Assembly (NCBI GenBank): GCA_016288795.1
Contig: JAEELI010000017.1
Location: forward strand, 85,856 to 149,855
Direction: 5' to 3'
Origin: Bacillales bacterium
Lineage (GTDB): Bacteria; Bacillota_I; Bacilli_A; RF39; UBA660
DNA length: 64,000 bases
Shown here: piece after piece, positions 54,361 through 63,531 of the stretch
Layout: the number at the start of each line of letters is the position of its first letter
Numbering within the stretch: position 1 is the stretch's first letter
Translations under genes and position numbers: made by a program
The notes under the pieces: model-generated
Seen by the model: the letters and a program-made list of their open reading frames with translations, nothing else
Told to the model about the DNA's origin: nothing
The model's database searches: none

Positions 54361-56197
54361 TAAGAAATTTAACTTAGGAACTGTTAAAAGATTATTGAAA
54401 TATATGGCTAAATATAAAGTTCAATATTTTATAGTTTTAATATGTATTATAATCAGTTCCATTGTTTCAGTTATGAGTCAAATGTTTTTAAAATCACTAA
54501 TAGATGATTATATAACTCCTTTATTAGCAGAGCAAATACCAATATACACTAATTTACTTAAGTTTTTAGGTTTTGTTTCAATATTATATTTAATAGGAAT
54601 ATTATCTACATTCATCTACAATAGAATAATGGTAAATGTATCTCAAGGAGTTCTTAAAAATATTAGAGATGATATGTTTAATCATATGCAAACATTACCA
54701 ATATCGTATTTTGATCAAAATACCCATGGTGATATTATGAGTAGATATACAAATGATACTGATACATTAGAACAAATGGTTAGTCAAAGTATGCCTGCTT
54801 TAGTTAGTTCAATTATTTCCATAGTTACTGTATTTACATCTATGTTAATATTGAATATACCATTAACCTTAGTAGTAATTTTAGGTATTTTTGGAATGAT
54901 ATCAGTAACCAAGGGATTAGTTAAAAAAAGTGGATTATATTTTGTTAAGCATCAAAATGCCCTTGGAGCTTTAAATGGTTTTGTTGAAGAGATGATAGAT
55001 GGACAAAAGGTTATTAAAGTATTCAATCATGAAAATATATCTAAAAAAGATTTTGATAAATTGAATGAAAAATTATATGAGACAAGTAGTAAAGCTCACG
55101 GCTATAGCAATATGATTGGACCAGTAACTGTTAATATAGGTCACATGTTATATGTATTCATTGCTTTAGTTGGAGGTCTAATGGCCATTAATGGTGGATC
55201 GTTTACTCTTGGAGCCATTGCGTCTTTCTTAGCTTTAACAAATAGTTTTACTAGACCTATTATGCAAATAACTAATCAATTTAATTCAATAATCAGAGCC
55301 CTAGCTGGAGCAGAAAGAATATTCAATTTAATGGATGAAAAATCAGAAGAGAATACTGGATCAGTTGTTTTGGTTAACGTTAAAGAAAAAGATGGCAAGT
55401 TAATTGAAACATCAAAATCAACGGGAGCTTGGGCTTGGAAAAGAAATAATGAATTAATTCCTTTAAAAGGTGATGTTAGATTTTATAATGTTCATTTTAG
55501 TTATGTTGAAGGAAAAGAAGTTATTCATGATATATCACTTTATGCTAAGCCAGGGCAAAAGATTGCTTTTGTTGGTCAAACTGGCGCAGGTAAAACAACT
55601 ATATCTAATTTAATTAATAGATTTTATGATATAGATTCTGGTGCTATAACTTATGATGGTATAGATATAAAAGAAATAAATAAATTAGATTTGAGAAAAT
55701 CTTTGGGAATTGTTTTACAAGATACTAATTTGTGGACAGGAACAATAATGGATAATATTCGTTATGGAAGAGATAATGCAACTGATGAAGAGTGTATTGA
55801 AGCGGCAAAACTTGCTAATGCCGATTCATTTATTAATTTATTACCAGAAGGATATAATACTTTATTAACTGGAAATGGTGCTAATTTATCTCAAGGACAA
55901 AGGCAGTTATTAGCAATAGCAAGATGTGCAGTTGCTAATCCTCCGGTAATGATTTTAGATGAAGCAACTTCATCAATAGATACCAGAACAGAAAAAATAG
56001 TTCAAGATGGTATGGATAGATTAATGAAGGGAAGAACTGTATTTGTAATAGCTCATAGATTATCAACTATTCAAAACTCTAAAGCAATAATGGTTATGGA
56101 AAATGGACGCATTATTGAAAGAGGAGAACATGAAGCATTAATAAAGGAAAAAGGCAAGTATTATAAACTATGGACCGGAGTTCTAGAATTAGATTAA
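54350..56197 (+). CDS. ABC transporter permease/ATPase (type I exporter, half-transporter B; heterodimer partner)
   Basis: overlaps upstream stop; Walker A GQTGAGKTT, signature LSQGQRQLLAIARC, Walker B MILDEATSSID. Confidence 0.85.
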   Translation: MKNNKKFNLGTVKRLLKYMAKYKVQYFIVLICIIISSIVSVMSQMFLKSLIDDYITPLLAEQIPIYTNLLKFLGFVSILYLIGILSTFIYNRIMVNVSQGVLKNIRDDMFNHMQTLPISYFDQNTHGDIMSRYTNDTDTLEQMVSQSMPALVSSIISIVTVFTSMLILNIPLTLVVILGIFGMISVTKGLVKKSGLYFVKHQNALGALNGFVEEMIDGQKVIKVFNHENISKKDFDKLNEKLYETSSKAHGYSNMIGPVTVNIGHMLYVFIALVGGLMAINGGSFTLGAIASFLALTNSFTRPIMQITNQFNSIIRALAGAERIFNLMDEKSEENTGSVVLVNVKEKDGKLIETSKSTGAWAWKRNNELIPLKGDVRFYNVHFSYVEGKEVIHDISLYAKPGQKIAFVGQTGAGKTTISNLINRFYDIDSGAITYDGIDIKEINKLDLRKSLGIVLQDTNLWTGTIMDNIRYGRDNATDEECIEAAKLANADSFINLLPEGYNTLLTGNGANLSQGQRQLLAIARCAVANPPVMILDEATSSIDTRTEKIVQDGMDRLMKGRTVFVIAHRLSTIQNSKAIMVMENGRIIERGEHEALIKEKGKYYKLWTGVLELD

Positions 56198-56294
56198 ACA
56201 AAGTATTTAATACTTTGTTTTTTTATACCGATGTGTATTGATTCTCGAGTGTGTATATGGTATGCTTTAAATAGTAGGGTAATGGGTAATAAAT

Positions 56295-58328
56295 ATGAAT
56301 CCAATGATAAAAAAAATTGCTATATATTTATTAACTCTAGCAGGTATATTAATGGTATTTATAATGCCCATGACATATGCCTATTTTAGTGTGCAAACAA
56401 ATAATAATTCATCGTCATTTTTAATTCAAAGTAGTATAGAAGAAATTCGGCCTGATATAACAATCAATATAAATGGAACAGTAAACAAATCAGCTAATTA
56501 TACAAGAAGTATAAGTTGTTCAACAGGAGCAACCCCATATTGGAATAGAAAATGGGATAGTTTAGTATTTAGTAATGTTGCAGATGAAGAAGAGGAATGT
56601 GGCTTAACTTATACTCAGGATACTAGTAATCATAGTAGTGCACTACTTTCTACAGTAGTTCAAAACAATGCTGCAGATAATACTAATCTCTTTTTATTAG
56701 ATTATTCTAATTCTGTTGACAAGACATCTCTTTTAGGGAATGTTCAACAATTTGATAGTTCTAGTAATATTGATACTCCATCAACATCAGGTATAGGTTC
56801 AATATCAGTATGGAGTTTAAATGCAAATAATGAATATCAGGCAAATCCAAGTGCAATGACATATAGTGGGAATAGATATTACCATATATACGCAACAGTT
56901 TCGGAAAATGGGTATTATCGAGTGTGCTATACAATTTCAACTGGAACATCCTCCACTAGTAATGGTATACACATAGGCGTTAACTCAACAAGAAAAAGCG
57001 TTGAGTATGCATCACAGTCACAAAGCGTATCGAATTGCGCTGATATAGGCGGTCTATCTATTTATGATAACATAAACATATCTGTATATAGAAAATCTGG
57101 TACAACCATGCCTACATTTTCTTTTAAAATATATAAATATTCTGGAACAACAAATAAAACAAGTAATTTGAATTCTACGCAATTTCATAATTCGACTTCG
57201 ACAGCTACGAGCGGAACATCATTATCTATATGGAGTTTGAACGCTAATAATGAATATCAATCAGATCCTAGCGCAATGACATATAATGGATCGAGATTTT
57301 ACCATATATATGCTCAAGTTCCAGAATTAGGCTACTACCAAGTGTGCTACACTATTAATTCTGGAACTGGAAGCACTAACAACAAATTGATGATAACATT
57401 GAATGATGTATCTAAAACTTCTATAAATTCATCTCAAAGTGACACAGTGACCGGGTGCTTTTATTTGGGATTGCTGGACACAACAGATTATGTCAATATT
57501 TCCCAATATAGATATAGTTCATATACATCTCCAGTAATGACATGGAAATTGGAAGAAGCATCCCAAACCACAAGTATTAATGCTGGATACCATTATTATG
57601 GTTCAAATCCAAACAATTATATATGGTTTAATAATGAAATGTGGAGAATTATAGGGCTGGTCCCAACATGCACAAGTTCAAATTGTGGAACTTCAGCAAA
57701 TCTTGTTAAGATTATAAGGAAATATCCGCTTTCATCTTTATTGGCCTATGATGCAAAGAGTTCGGGGAATAGCAGCACCTGGGGGGATAATACTTTGTAT
57801 TCTTTACTTAATGATTATTATTATGGAAAGCAAAATGCAATTTCTACTGACTATTGTAAGATTTTAACAAATAATACCCATAAGAATTGTGACTTTAGTG
57901 AAATAGGAATTAATCCTCAAGATTATTATGGAAGTATGGTAGAGAATGCTTACTGGAATACAGGTCCGGCAAATTTAGATAATATTGTGTCATATTCGGT
58001 TCAATTAGAAAGAGAAAAACAAACAGTTTCTGGACATGTTGGATTAGCAAGTGCTAGTGACTGTGAATTAACTAAAGCAAATTATAAAAGAGTGATAAAT
58101 GGAACATTGCCGAATGAAGAATATGCAAATTTTTGGATGGCTGCGGGATATACATTAAACCCTCAATCATACATAGGACATAATAGCGTTACTACATGTT
58201 CTGAAAGCGTTAGTTCCATTAATTCCAATAATGATGGTTCAATTTTTCCAGTAGTTTATTTATCACCAAATGTGTATGTAGTTAGCGGAACAGGAACAGA
58301 AGCAAATCCATATATAATAGCCAAATAA
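56295..58328 (+). CDS. secreted/anchored Ser-Thr-Asn-rich Cys-containing protein, paralog A (677 aa), unknown repeat domain x2 + conserved C-terminal domain
   Basis: N-terminal hydrophobic segment ending TYAYFS (TasA/CalY SipW-type-like); internal ~120-aa duplication; shared C-terminus with next gene. Confidence 0.6.
   Translation: MNPMIKKIAIYLLTLAGILMVFIMPMTYAYFSVQTNNNSSSFLIQSSIEEIRPDITININGTVNKSANYTRSISCSTGATPYWNRKWDSLVFSNVADEEEECGLTYTQDTSNHSSALLSTVVQNNAADNTNLFLLDYSNSVDKTSLLGNVQQFDSSSNIDTPSTSGIGSISVWSLNANNEYQANPSAMTYSGNRYYHIYATVSENGYYRVCYTISTGTSSTSNGIHIGVNSTRKSVEYASQSQSVSNCADIGGLSIYDNINISVYRKSGTTMPTFSFKIYKYSGTTNKTSNLNSTQFHNSTSTATSGTSLSIWSLNANNEYQSDPSAMTYNGSRFYHIYAQVPELGYYQVCYTINSGTGSTNNKLMITLNDVSKTSINSSQSDTVTGCFYLGLLDTTDYVNISQYRYSSYTSPVMTWKLEEASQTTSINAGYHYYGSNPNNYIWFNNEMWRIIGLVPTCTSSNCGTSANLVKIIRKYPLSSLLAYDAKSSGNSSTWGDNTLYSLLNDYYYGKQNAISTDYCKILTNNTHKNCDFSEIGINPQDYYGSMVENAYWNTGPANLDNIVSYSVQLEREKQTVSGHVGLASASDCELTKANYKRVINGTLPNEEYANFWMAAGYTLNPQSYIGHNSVTTCSESVSSINSNNDGSIFPVVYLSPNVYVVSGTGTEANPYIIAK
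56785..57150 (+). repeat. internal repeat unit 1 of paralog A (WSLNANNEY...YYRVCYTI...)
   Basis: direct comparison of translation; repeated again at 57210-57560 and in paralog B 58780-59135. Confidence 0.6.
57210..57560 (+). repeat. internal repeat unit 2 of paralog A
   Basis: SIWSLNANNEYQSDPSAMTYNGSRFYHIYAQV...YYQVCYTINSGTGST aligns with unit 1. Confidence 0.6.
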
Positions 58329-58347
58329 AAAAGAAAGGAGGAACTCA

Positions 58348-59904
58348 ATGAAAAAGAAATATATATTATTAATTGTAATAGGAATAATATTAACAACATC
58401 TTTATTAATTGTTTTAGTAAGCAAAAATAAATCAAAAAAGTTTGTGCAAGATGGAGTTATGTTTGCAGTAAAAGTAGACGGAGTTCCTCAGGATCATTTT
58501 CCAAATGATGGAAAAAAATACTATGTAGATATAGAATGCGAAAATGCAAGAGGTCAATGGAAGAGAATGCCTGATTCAAATGGTAACAATGATAATTTTA
58601 AAATATCAATAGATAATATAACTGGGGATGTAGAATGTAATGTTGATTTTCAATCAATTAATTTAAATGATAGCGAAGATGAACATTTGCTAAGCAATAT
58701 AATAAAAAATGGTGTAAATGAAGACATTAGTCCCTATAATTCAACTCAATACGATTATAGTGATGCCTATGCAACACCGGAGACTTCAGGAATAGGGAAT
58801 ATAGAAGCATGGAGTCTGAATGCGAATAATGAATATGAATCAGATCCAAGTTTGATGACATACGGAAGTAGATATTATCATCTATATACAACTATTTCTA
58901 TTCAGGGATCATATAGAATTTGTTATACAATCAAGAGTGGAACTAGCACAACTTCTAATAGATTATATGTATTTGTAAATGGAACCAGAGTTGTAAATCG
59001 TCAATCCTCAACTTCAACTGAAATATCTTCGTGTACCAATTTGGGATATCTCGTTGAAGGCTCTGATATTAACATATCTGCATATAAATATAGTGGAACA
59101 TTTCCGGTTATTTCGTTGCGTCTTGAGAAAGTAAATATTGCATATGAAGAGACAGGAGGATATCGATATCAGGGACTCAATCCAAATAACTATATATGGT
59201 TTAATAATGATAAGTGGAGGATTATAGGACTAATTCCAACATGCACATCGTCTGGATGCGCAACATCAAACAATTTAGTTAAAATAATTAAAGTGGATTC
59301 TTCTAAACGAATAGCATATGATGCACATCCTTATAGTAGTTCAAGTGCTGTATGGGGAAGTAATACATTATATTCTTTACTAAATAGTTATTATTGGGGA
59401 AAATTGGATGGAACTAATACTTCATATTGCAGTAATAGCGCAGAACAAAAACCAACCTCATGTGATTTTACCGCTACTGGAATATTACCAAGTGATGACT
59501 ACGGAAGCATGGTAGAAAATGTGTTCTGGAACACTGGAAATGCCGCATCATCTACGGGAAACACTGCAGCTACTTTTTTTGAAAGCGAATCTCAAAAACA
59601 GGATGTTCAAGGACGCGTTGGATTTATAAATTCTAGCGACTTTATATATGCATCTCCTAATTATTCAATTACTAGTGGTCACTCTGAAGATAATTGGATG
59701 TTTATGAATAAAGGGATTCCAACAGTATCTACACGTAGCGATAGACAATTTATAATGGTTTCAGGAAGCAATACTGTTGGTTATAACAATGCTGACTCAT
59801 CTGTTTTGGTTATACCAGTAGTTTACCTATCACCAAATGTTTATGTAGTTGGTGGCAATGGAACCGAGGCTACTCCATACCAAATTGCAAAATATTCTAG
59901 TTAG
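58348..59904 (+). CDS. secreted/anchored Cys-containing protein, paralog B (518 aa), one repeat unit + conserved C-terminal domain
   Basis: signal-anchor MKKKYILLIVIGIILTTSLLIVLV; AWSLNANNEYESDPSLMTYGSRYYHLYTTI...YRICYTIKSGTSTT; C-terminus ...PVVYLSPNVYVVGGNGTEATPYQIAK nearly identical to paralog A. Confidence 0.6.
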   Translation: MKKKYILLIVIGIILTTSLLIVLVSKNKSKKFVQDGVMFAVKVDGVPQDHFPNDGKKYYVDIECENARGQWKRMPDSNGNNDNFKISIDNITGDVECNVDFQSINLNDSEDEHLLSNIIKNGVNEDISPYNSTQYDYSDAYATPETSGIGNIEAWSLNANNEYESDPSLMTYGSRYYHLYTTISIQGSYRICYTIKSGTSTTSNRLYVFVNGTRVVNRQSSTSTEISSCTNLGYLVEGSDINISAYKYSGTFPVISLRLEKVNIAYEETGGYRYQGLNPNNYIWFNNDKWRIIGLIPTCTSSGCATSNNLVKIIKVDSSKRIAYDAHPYSSSSAVWGSNTLYSLLNSYYWGKLDGTNTSYCSNSAEQKPTSCDFTATGILPSDDYGSMVENVFWNTGNAASSTGNTAATFFESESQKQDVQGRVGFINSSDFIYASPNYSITSGHSEDNWMFMNKGIPTVSTRSDRQFIMVSGSNTVGYNNADSSVLVIPVVYLSPNVYVVGGNGTEATPYQIAKYSS

Positions 59905-59998
59905 TAATGCTCTATAAATCATTACTCTTTTCATTTATTTATAAATAATAGAATATTATGTTAAAATAATTATGTAAAAAAAAGAAGAAAGGATTATT

Positions 59999-60886
59999 AT
60001 GGAAAAACCTAAAGTTTATTGGACAAAAGAAATAACTGCAGAGAGTTTAATAAAAATATATGAGGCCCTTGGAGTTACTTTAAAGGGAAAAGTTGGAGTG
60101 AAAGTTTCAACTGGTGAGAAAGGATCTAAAGGATATTTAAAGGCAGATTTAATCGGGCCATTAGTTAAAAAGTTAAATGGAACTATATTAGAATGTAATA
60201 CTGCCTATCCTGGAAAAAGAAACAATGCTAAAGACCATTTAAAAGTTGCCGAAGAGCATGGCTTTACTTCTTTTGCTGAAGTAGATATTATGGATGCTAA
60301 AGGCGATTTTAAAATACCTGTTCATAATGGAAAACATTTAAAATATGATCTAATTGGAGAAAATTTTAAAAACTATGATTCAATAATAAATTTAGCTCAT
60401 GGAAAAGGCCATGCAATGGGAGGCTTTGGCGCTAACCTTAAAAATCAATCAATAGGTATTGCGTCTCGTAAGGGTAAAGCTTATATTCATTCATGTGGTA
60501 AAACAGAGAGTCCAACACTTTGCTGGGTATCTAAACATGATCAAATAGATTTTATTGAAAGCATGGCTGAGGCTGCTAAAGCTGTCAGCGATTATATAAA
60601 AGAAAATAATAAGCAAATAGTTTATATAACTGTTGCCAATGCTTTATCTGTAGACTGTGATTGTGATGCTCACCAAGGAGATCCAGTAATGAATGATATC
60701 GGCATATTTGCATCTTTAGATCCAGTAGCAAATGATCAAGCATTTATTGATGCTATATGGATCAATACTGATCCTGGTAAAGAAGAATTAAAGAAGAGAA
60801 TTGATAGACAGTTAGGTAGAGAAATTCTTCCTTATGCTGAGAGTATAGGATTAGGTTCAACTAACTATGAATTTATTGAAATATAA
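59999..60886 (+). CDS. hypothetical protein, possibly DUF362-like
   Basis: 295 aa; LAHGKGHAMGGFGANLKNQSIG resembles DUF362 conserved stretch; CDCDAH Cys cluster; weak call. Confidence 0.3.
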   Translation: MEKPKVYWTKEITAESLIKIYEALGVTLKGKVGVKVSTGEKGSKGYLKADLIGPLVKKLNGTILECNTAYPGKRNNAKDHLKVAEEHGFTSFAEVDIMDAKGDFKIPVHNGKHLKYDLIGENFKNYDSIINLAHGKGHAMGGFGANLKNQSIGIASRKGKAYIHSCGKTESPTLCWVSKHDQIDFIESMAEAAKAVSDYIKENNKQIVYITVANALSVDCDCDAHQGDPVMNDIGIFASLDPVANDQAFIDAIWINTDPGKEELKKRIDRQLGREILPYAESIGLGSTNYEFIEI

Positions 60887-60973
60887 TCAACCAAAAATTT
60901 AGTTATTCAACTATAAATTTATAGACTATATATATTATAGGATATATAATGTATGTATTGAGAGGAAGTTATT

Positions 60974-61642
60974 ATGAAAAGAAAAGTTGTATTAAGTCTA
61001 GTATTGGTATTATTAATATCTATGACTATGGGGTGTGCTAGTAAAGCTGGTAAAGATTTTAAAGAAGAATATGAATCTGTTAATGGCAAAGAAAACGCTA
61101 AAGGTTCAATTCATCGTGTAATAGAAATTCCTGAAGATAATCCATATGAAAAAATAACTACTGCTGAGTTATTAAAAAAGATTGATAAGAAAGAAACTTT
61201 TTATGTTTATTTTGGTGATAAGTTATGTCCATGGTGTCGTTCTGTTATTGAAAAATCGATCGAGGTTGCCAAGGATAAAAAAGTTAAAAAAATATATTAT
61301 ATTAACATTTGGGATGACGAAGGAAATGAAATATTAAGAGATAAATATGAACTAGTTGATGGCAAACTTAAAAAGACAATTAAGGGAACAGATGACTATA
61401 AAAAATTGTTAAAAATATTTGATAAAGTTTTAACTGATTATAACTTAACTGATGAAAAAGGAGAAAAAATATCTACTGGTGAGAAGAGAATATTTGCTCC
61501 TAATTATATGTTTGTTGAAAAAGGAAAAGTTAAGAGTTTAGTTACAGGTATTTCAGAAAAACAAAAAGAATCTAGAGAAGAATTAACAGATGAAATTTTA
61601 AAAGATGAAGCAAAAATATTTAAAGATTTCTTTAAAAAATAA
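60974..61642 (+). CDS. thioredoxin-like lipoprotein with CPWC motif
   Basis: lipobox MTMGCAS after signal peptide; redox motif CPWC in FYVYFGDKLCPWCRS context. Confidence 0.55.
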   Translation: MKRKVVLSLVLVLLISMTMGCASKAGKDFKEEYESVNGKENAKGSIHRVIEIPEDNPYEKITTAELLKKIDKKETFYVYFGDKLCPWCRSVIEKSIEVAKDKKVKKIYYINIWDDEGNEILRDKYELVDGKLKKTIKGTDDYKKLLKIFDKVLTDYNLTDEKGEKISTGEKRIFAPNYMFVEKGKVKSLVTGISEKQKESREELTDEILKDEAKIFKDFFKK

Positions 61643-61726
61643 TTAAGTAAGAATTAAGCAAGTTATTCTTGCTTTTTTATTTGCTTTGTTATATAATACC
61701 TTCCATATCAAAAAGGGGGTTTTGAT

Positions 61727-62542
61727 ATGAATAATAATAGTTATATAATTACAGATAATATCTTAAATAAAATATCTAGTATTATGAAAAGCTTAGGATC
61801 AATAAGCAATAGTTTTTATGAAGTAAATGTAAATAAAAACTTAAACTATCTATTTAAAATGGAAGGTATAAAAGATGAAGATTTTATATCCAAGTATACT
61901 CAGGTATATAATGATTTAGATAACATAAATATTAATGATTTCTTTTCTAAATTAAAATATCGTGAGTGTAATTTAAAAGATACTTTTACTCACCCAAGAG
62001 TAGAATTAATTCCTAATTTATTTTCTAATTTAAATACCTTCATTAATCACACTGGTGACACTCATCCATTTTTGATGGCATCATTATTCTACTATGGGTT
62101 TATTTTTATTAGTCCATTTGAAGATAACAATCACATAGTAGCAATGGTATGGTTAAATAAATATTTGAGAGATTATAATGAAGCATTTAAATATTTGTCT
62201 TTAGAGTCTTACATATATAAATATAAGGTTGAGTACTATGAGTCATTAAAAAGTGATAAGACATTTATCGATTTTTTATTAAAGATAATTGACTTAGCAT
62301 TAAAAGATTTATTATCTCATCCTATATATATAGAAGATAAGTTTTTGAAAGTTGATAAATTATTAAAGGTTATGGAAAAGAACAAACCAATGACTGCATA
62401 TGAGATAATGAATAAATTAAATATTAAATCTAAAGAAACTTTTAGAAATTCATATTTAAATTATGCCATAGAAGAAAAATTAGTTAATTTAACAGTTCCA
62501 GATAAACCAACTAGTAGGAATCAAATGTATTATAAAGTATAA
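61727..62542 (+). CDS. Fic/Doc-family-like protein with degenerate active-site motif and C-terminal winged-helix
   Basis: HPFLMAS...SPFEDNNHIVAM in place of canonical HPFx[DE]GNGRxxR; C-terminal KPMTAYEIMNKLNIKSKETFRNSYL wHTH-like. Confidence 0.45.
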   Translation: MNNNSYIITDNILNKISSIMKSLGSISNSFYEVNVNKNLNYLFKMEGIKDEDFISKYTQVYNDLDNININDFFSKLKYRECNLKDTFTHPRVELIPNLFSNLNTFINHTGDTHPFLMASLFYYGFIFISPFEDNNHIVAMVWLNKYLRDYNEAFKYLSLESYIYKYKVEYYESLKSDKTFIDFLLKIIDLALKDLLSHPIYIEDKFLKVDKLLKVMEKNKPMTAYEIMNKLNIKSKETFRNSYLNYAIEEKLVNLTVPDKPTSRNQMYYKV

Positions 62543-62546
62543 GATA

Positions 62547-62575
62547 AGAGTCTGACTATAGACTCTTTTTTTTGA
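62547..62575 (+). terminator. terminator after Fic-like gene
   Basis: AGAGTCTGACTATAGACTCTTTTTTTT hairpin + U-tract. Confidence 0.7.
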
Positions 62576-62595
62576 CAAAAATCGACAAAAGACTA

Positions 62596-62623
62596 TTGAC
62601 AAAAAAAAATTATTTGGTAAGAT
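62596..62623 (+). promoter_or_regulatory. candidate sigma-A promoter for sortase operon (second TTGACA 24 nt upstream)
   Basis: TTGACA, 16-nt spacer, TAAGAT; duplicated TTGACA at 62572-62577. Confidence 0.4.
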
Positions 62624-62817
62624 ATGTCCTTAACAGGGGGTTTATGGTTTCTATATGTCTCCATAAATCTAAAAATATATTTAGAAAATATGTATTATTT
62701 TTTAGGCTAACAATATAATAAGTAATGTTGGTCAAACAAATTTTAAAAACATGAATAAAAAACAAAATATTTAAACATTAAATATTTGGATATTTAGAAA
62801 TGGAGATGTAGGTTATA

Positions 62818-63531
62818 GTGAAGAAAAAAATTATTCTTATAAGTTTAGCTTTACTATTAGCAATGATTGAAATTCTAGTTATACCTATAGGTTCAAAAGA
62901 CATTGTCTTATTAGACACGGTAGTGGCGGAATCTAAAAAAGAAAATGAACTAGGATATGAAGTCAAAGCCGCCAAGGAAAAATATAAAAATGATGATATA
63001 GTTGGTTTATTAGAAATACCTAATACCACTTATAGAACTTTAGTCCCGCAGGGAGATAATAATACATTTTATTTATCTAGAGGATTAGATAAAAAGAAGA
63101 ATAAAATAGGAACTCCATTTTTAGATTATAGAGTCGACTTGGACTCATCTAAAAAGTTATTAATATATGGACATAATTCTAGATATACAGAAATGCCTTT
63201 TCAAATATTAGAAGAATATTATGATGAGTCTTACTTGAAAGAACATCGATATATAATTTTAAAAACAGAAAGCAAAACAAATATATATGAAGTATTCTCG
63301 GTCTTCATTGAAACTAAAGATTGGACTTATACCAATATAAAATTTAAAGACGATGATGATTGGTTAGAGCATATCAATAAGCTTAAAGAAAAATCAATTC
63401 ATAAAACTGATATTGAGCTTAATAAGGATGATGAAATTTTAGTTCTGCAGACGTGCTCGACGAAAAAAGAATATTTAAAATTTAAAAAGAAATTTTTATT
63501 AGTTATAGCAAGGAAGGTTGATAATATATGA
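62818..63531 (+). CDS. srtB: class B sortase
   Basis: GTG start; signal anchor; catalytic motifs LLIYGHN (His) and ILVLQTCS (TLxTC Cys) typical of SrtB. Confidence 0.65.
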   Translation: MKKKIILISLALLLAMIEILVIPIGSKDIVLLDTVVAESKKENELGYEVKAAKEKYKNDDIVGLLEIPNTTYRTLVPQGDNNTFYLSRGLDKKKNKIGTPFLDYRVDLDSSKKLLIYGHNSRYTEMPFQILEEYYDESYLKEHRYIILKTESKTNIYEVFSVFIETKDWTYTNIKFKDDDDWLEHINKLKEKSIHKTDIELNKDDEILVLQTCSTKKEYLKFKKKFLLVIARKVDNI

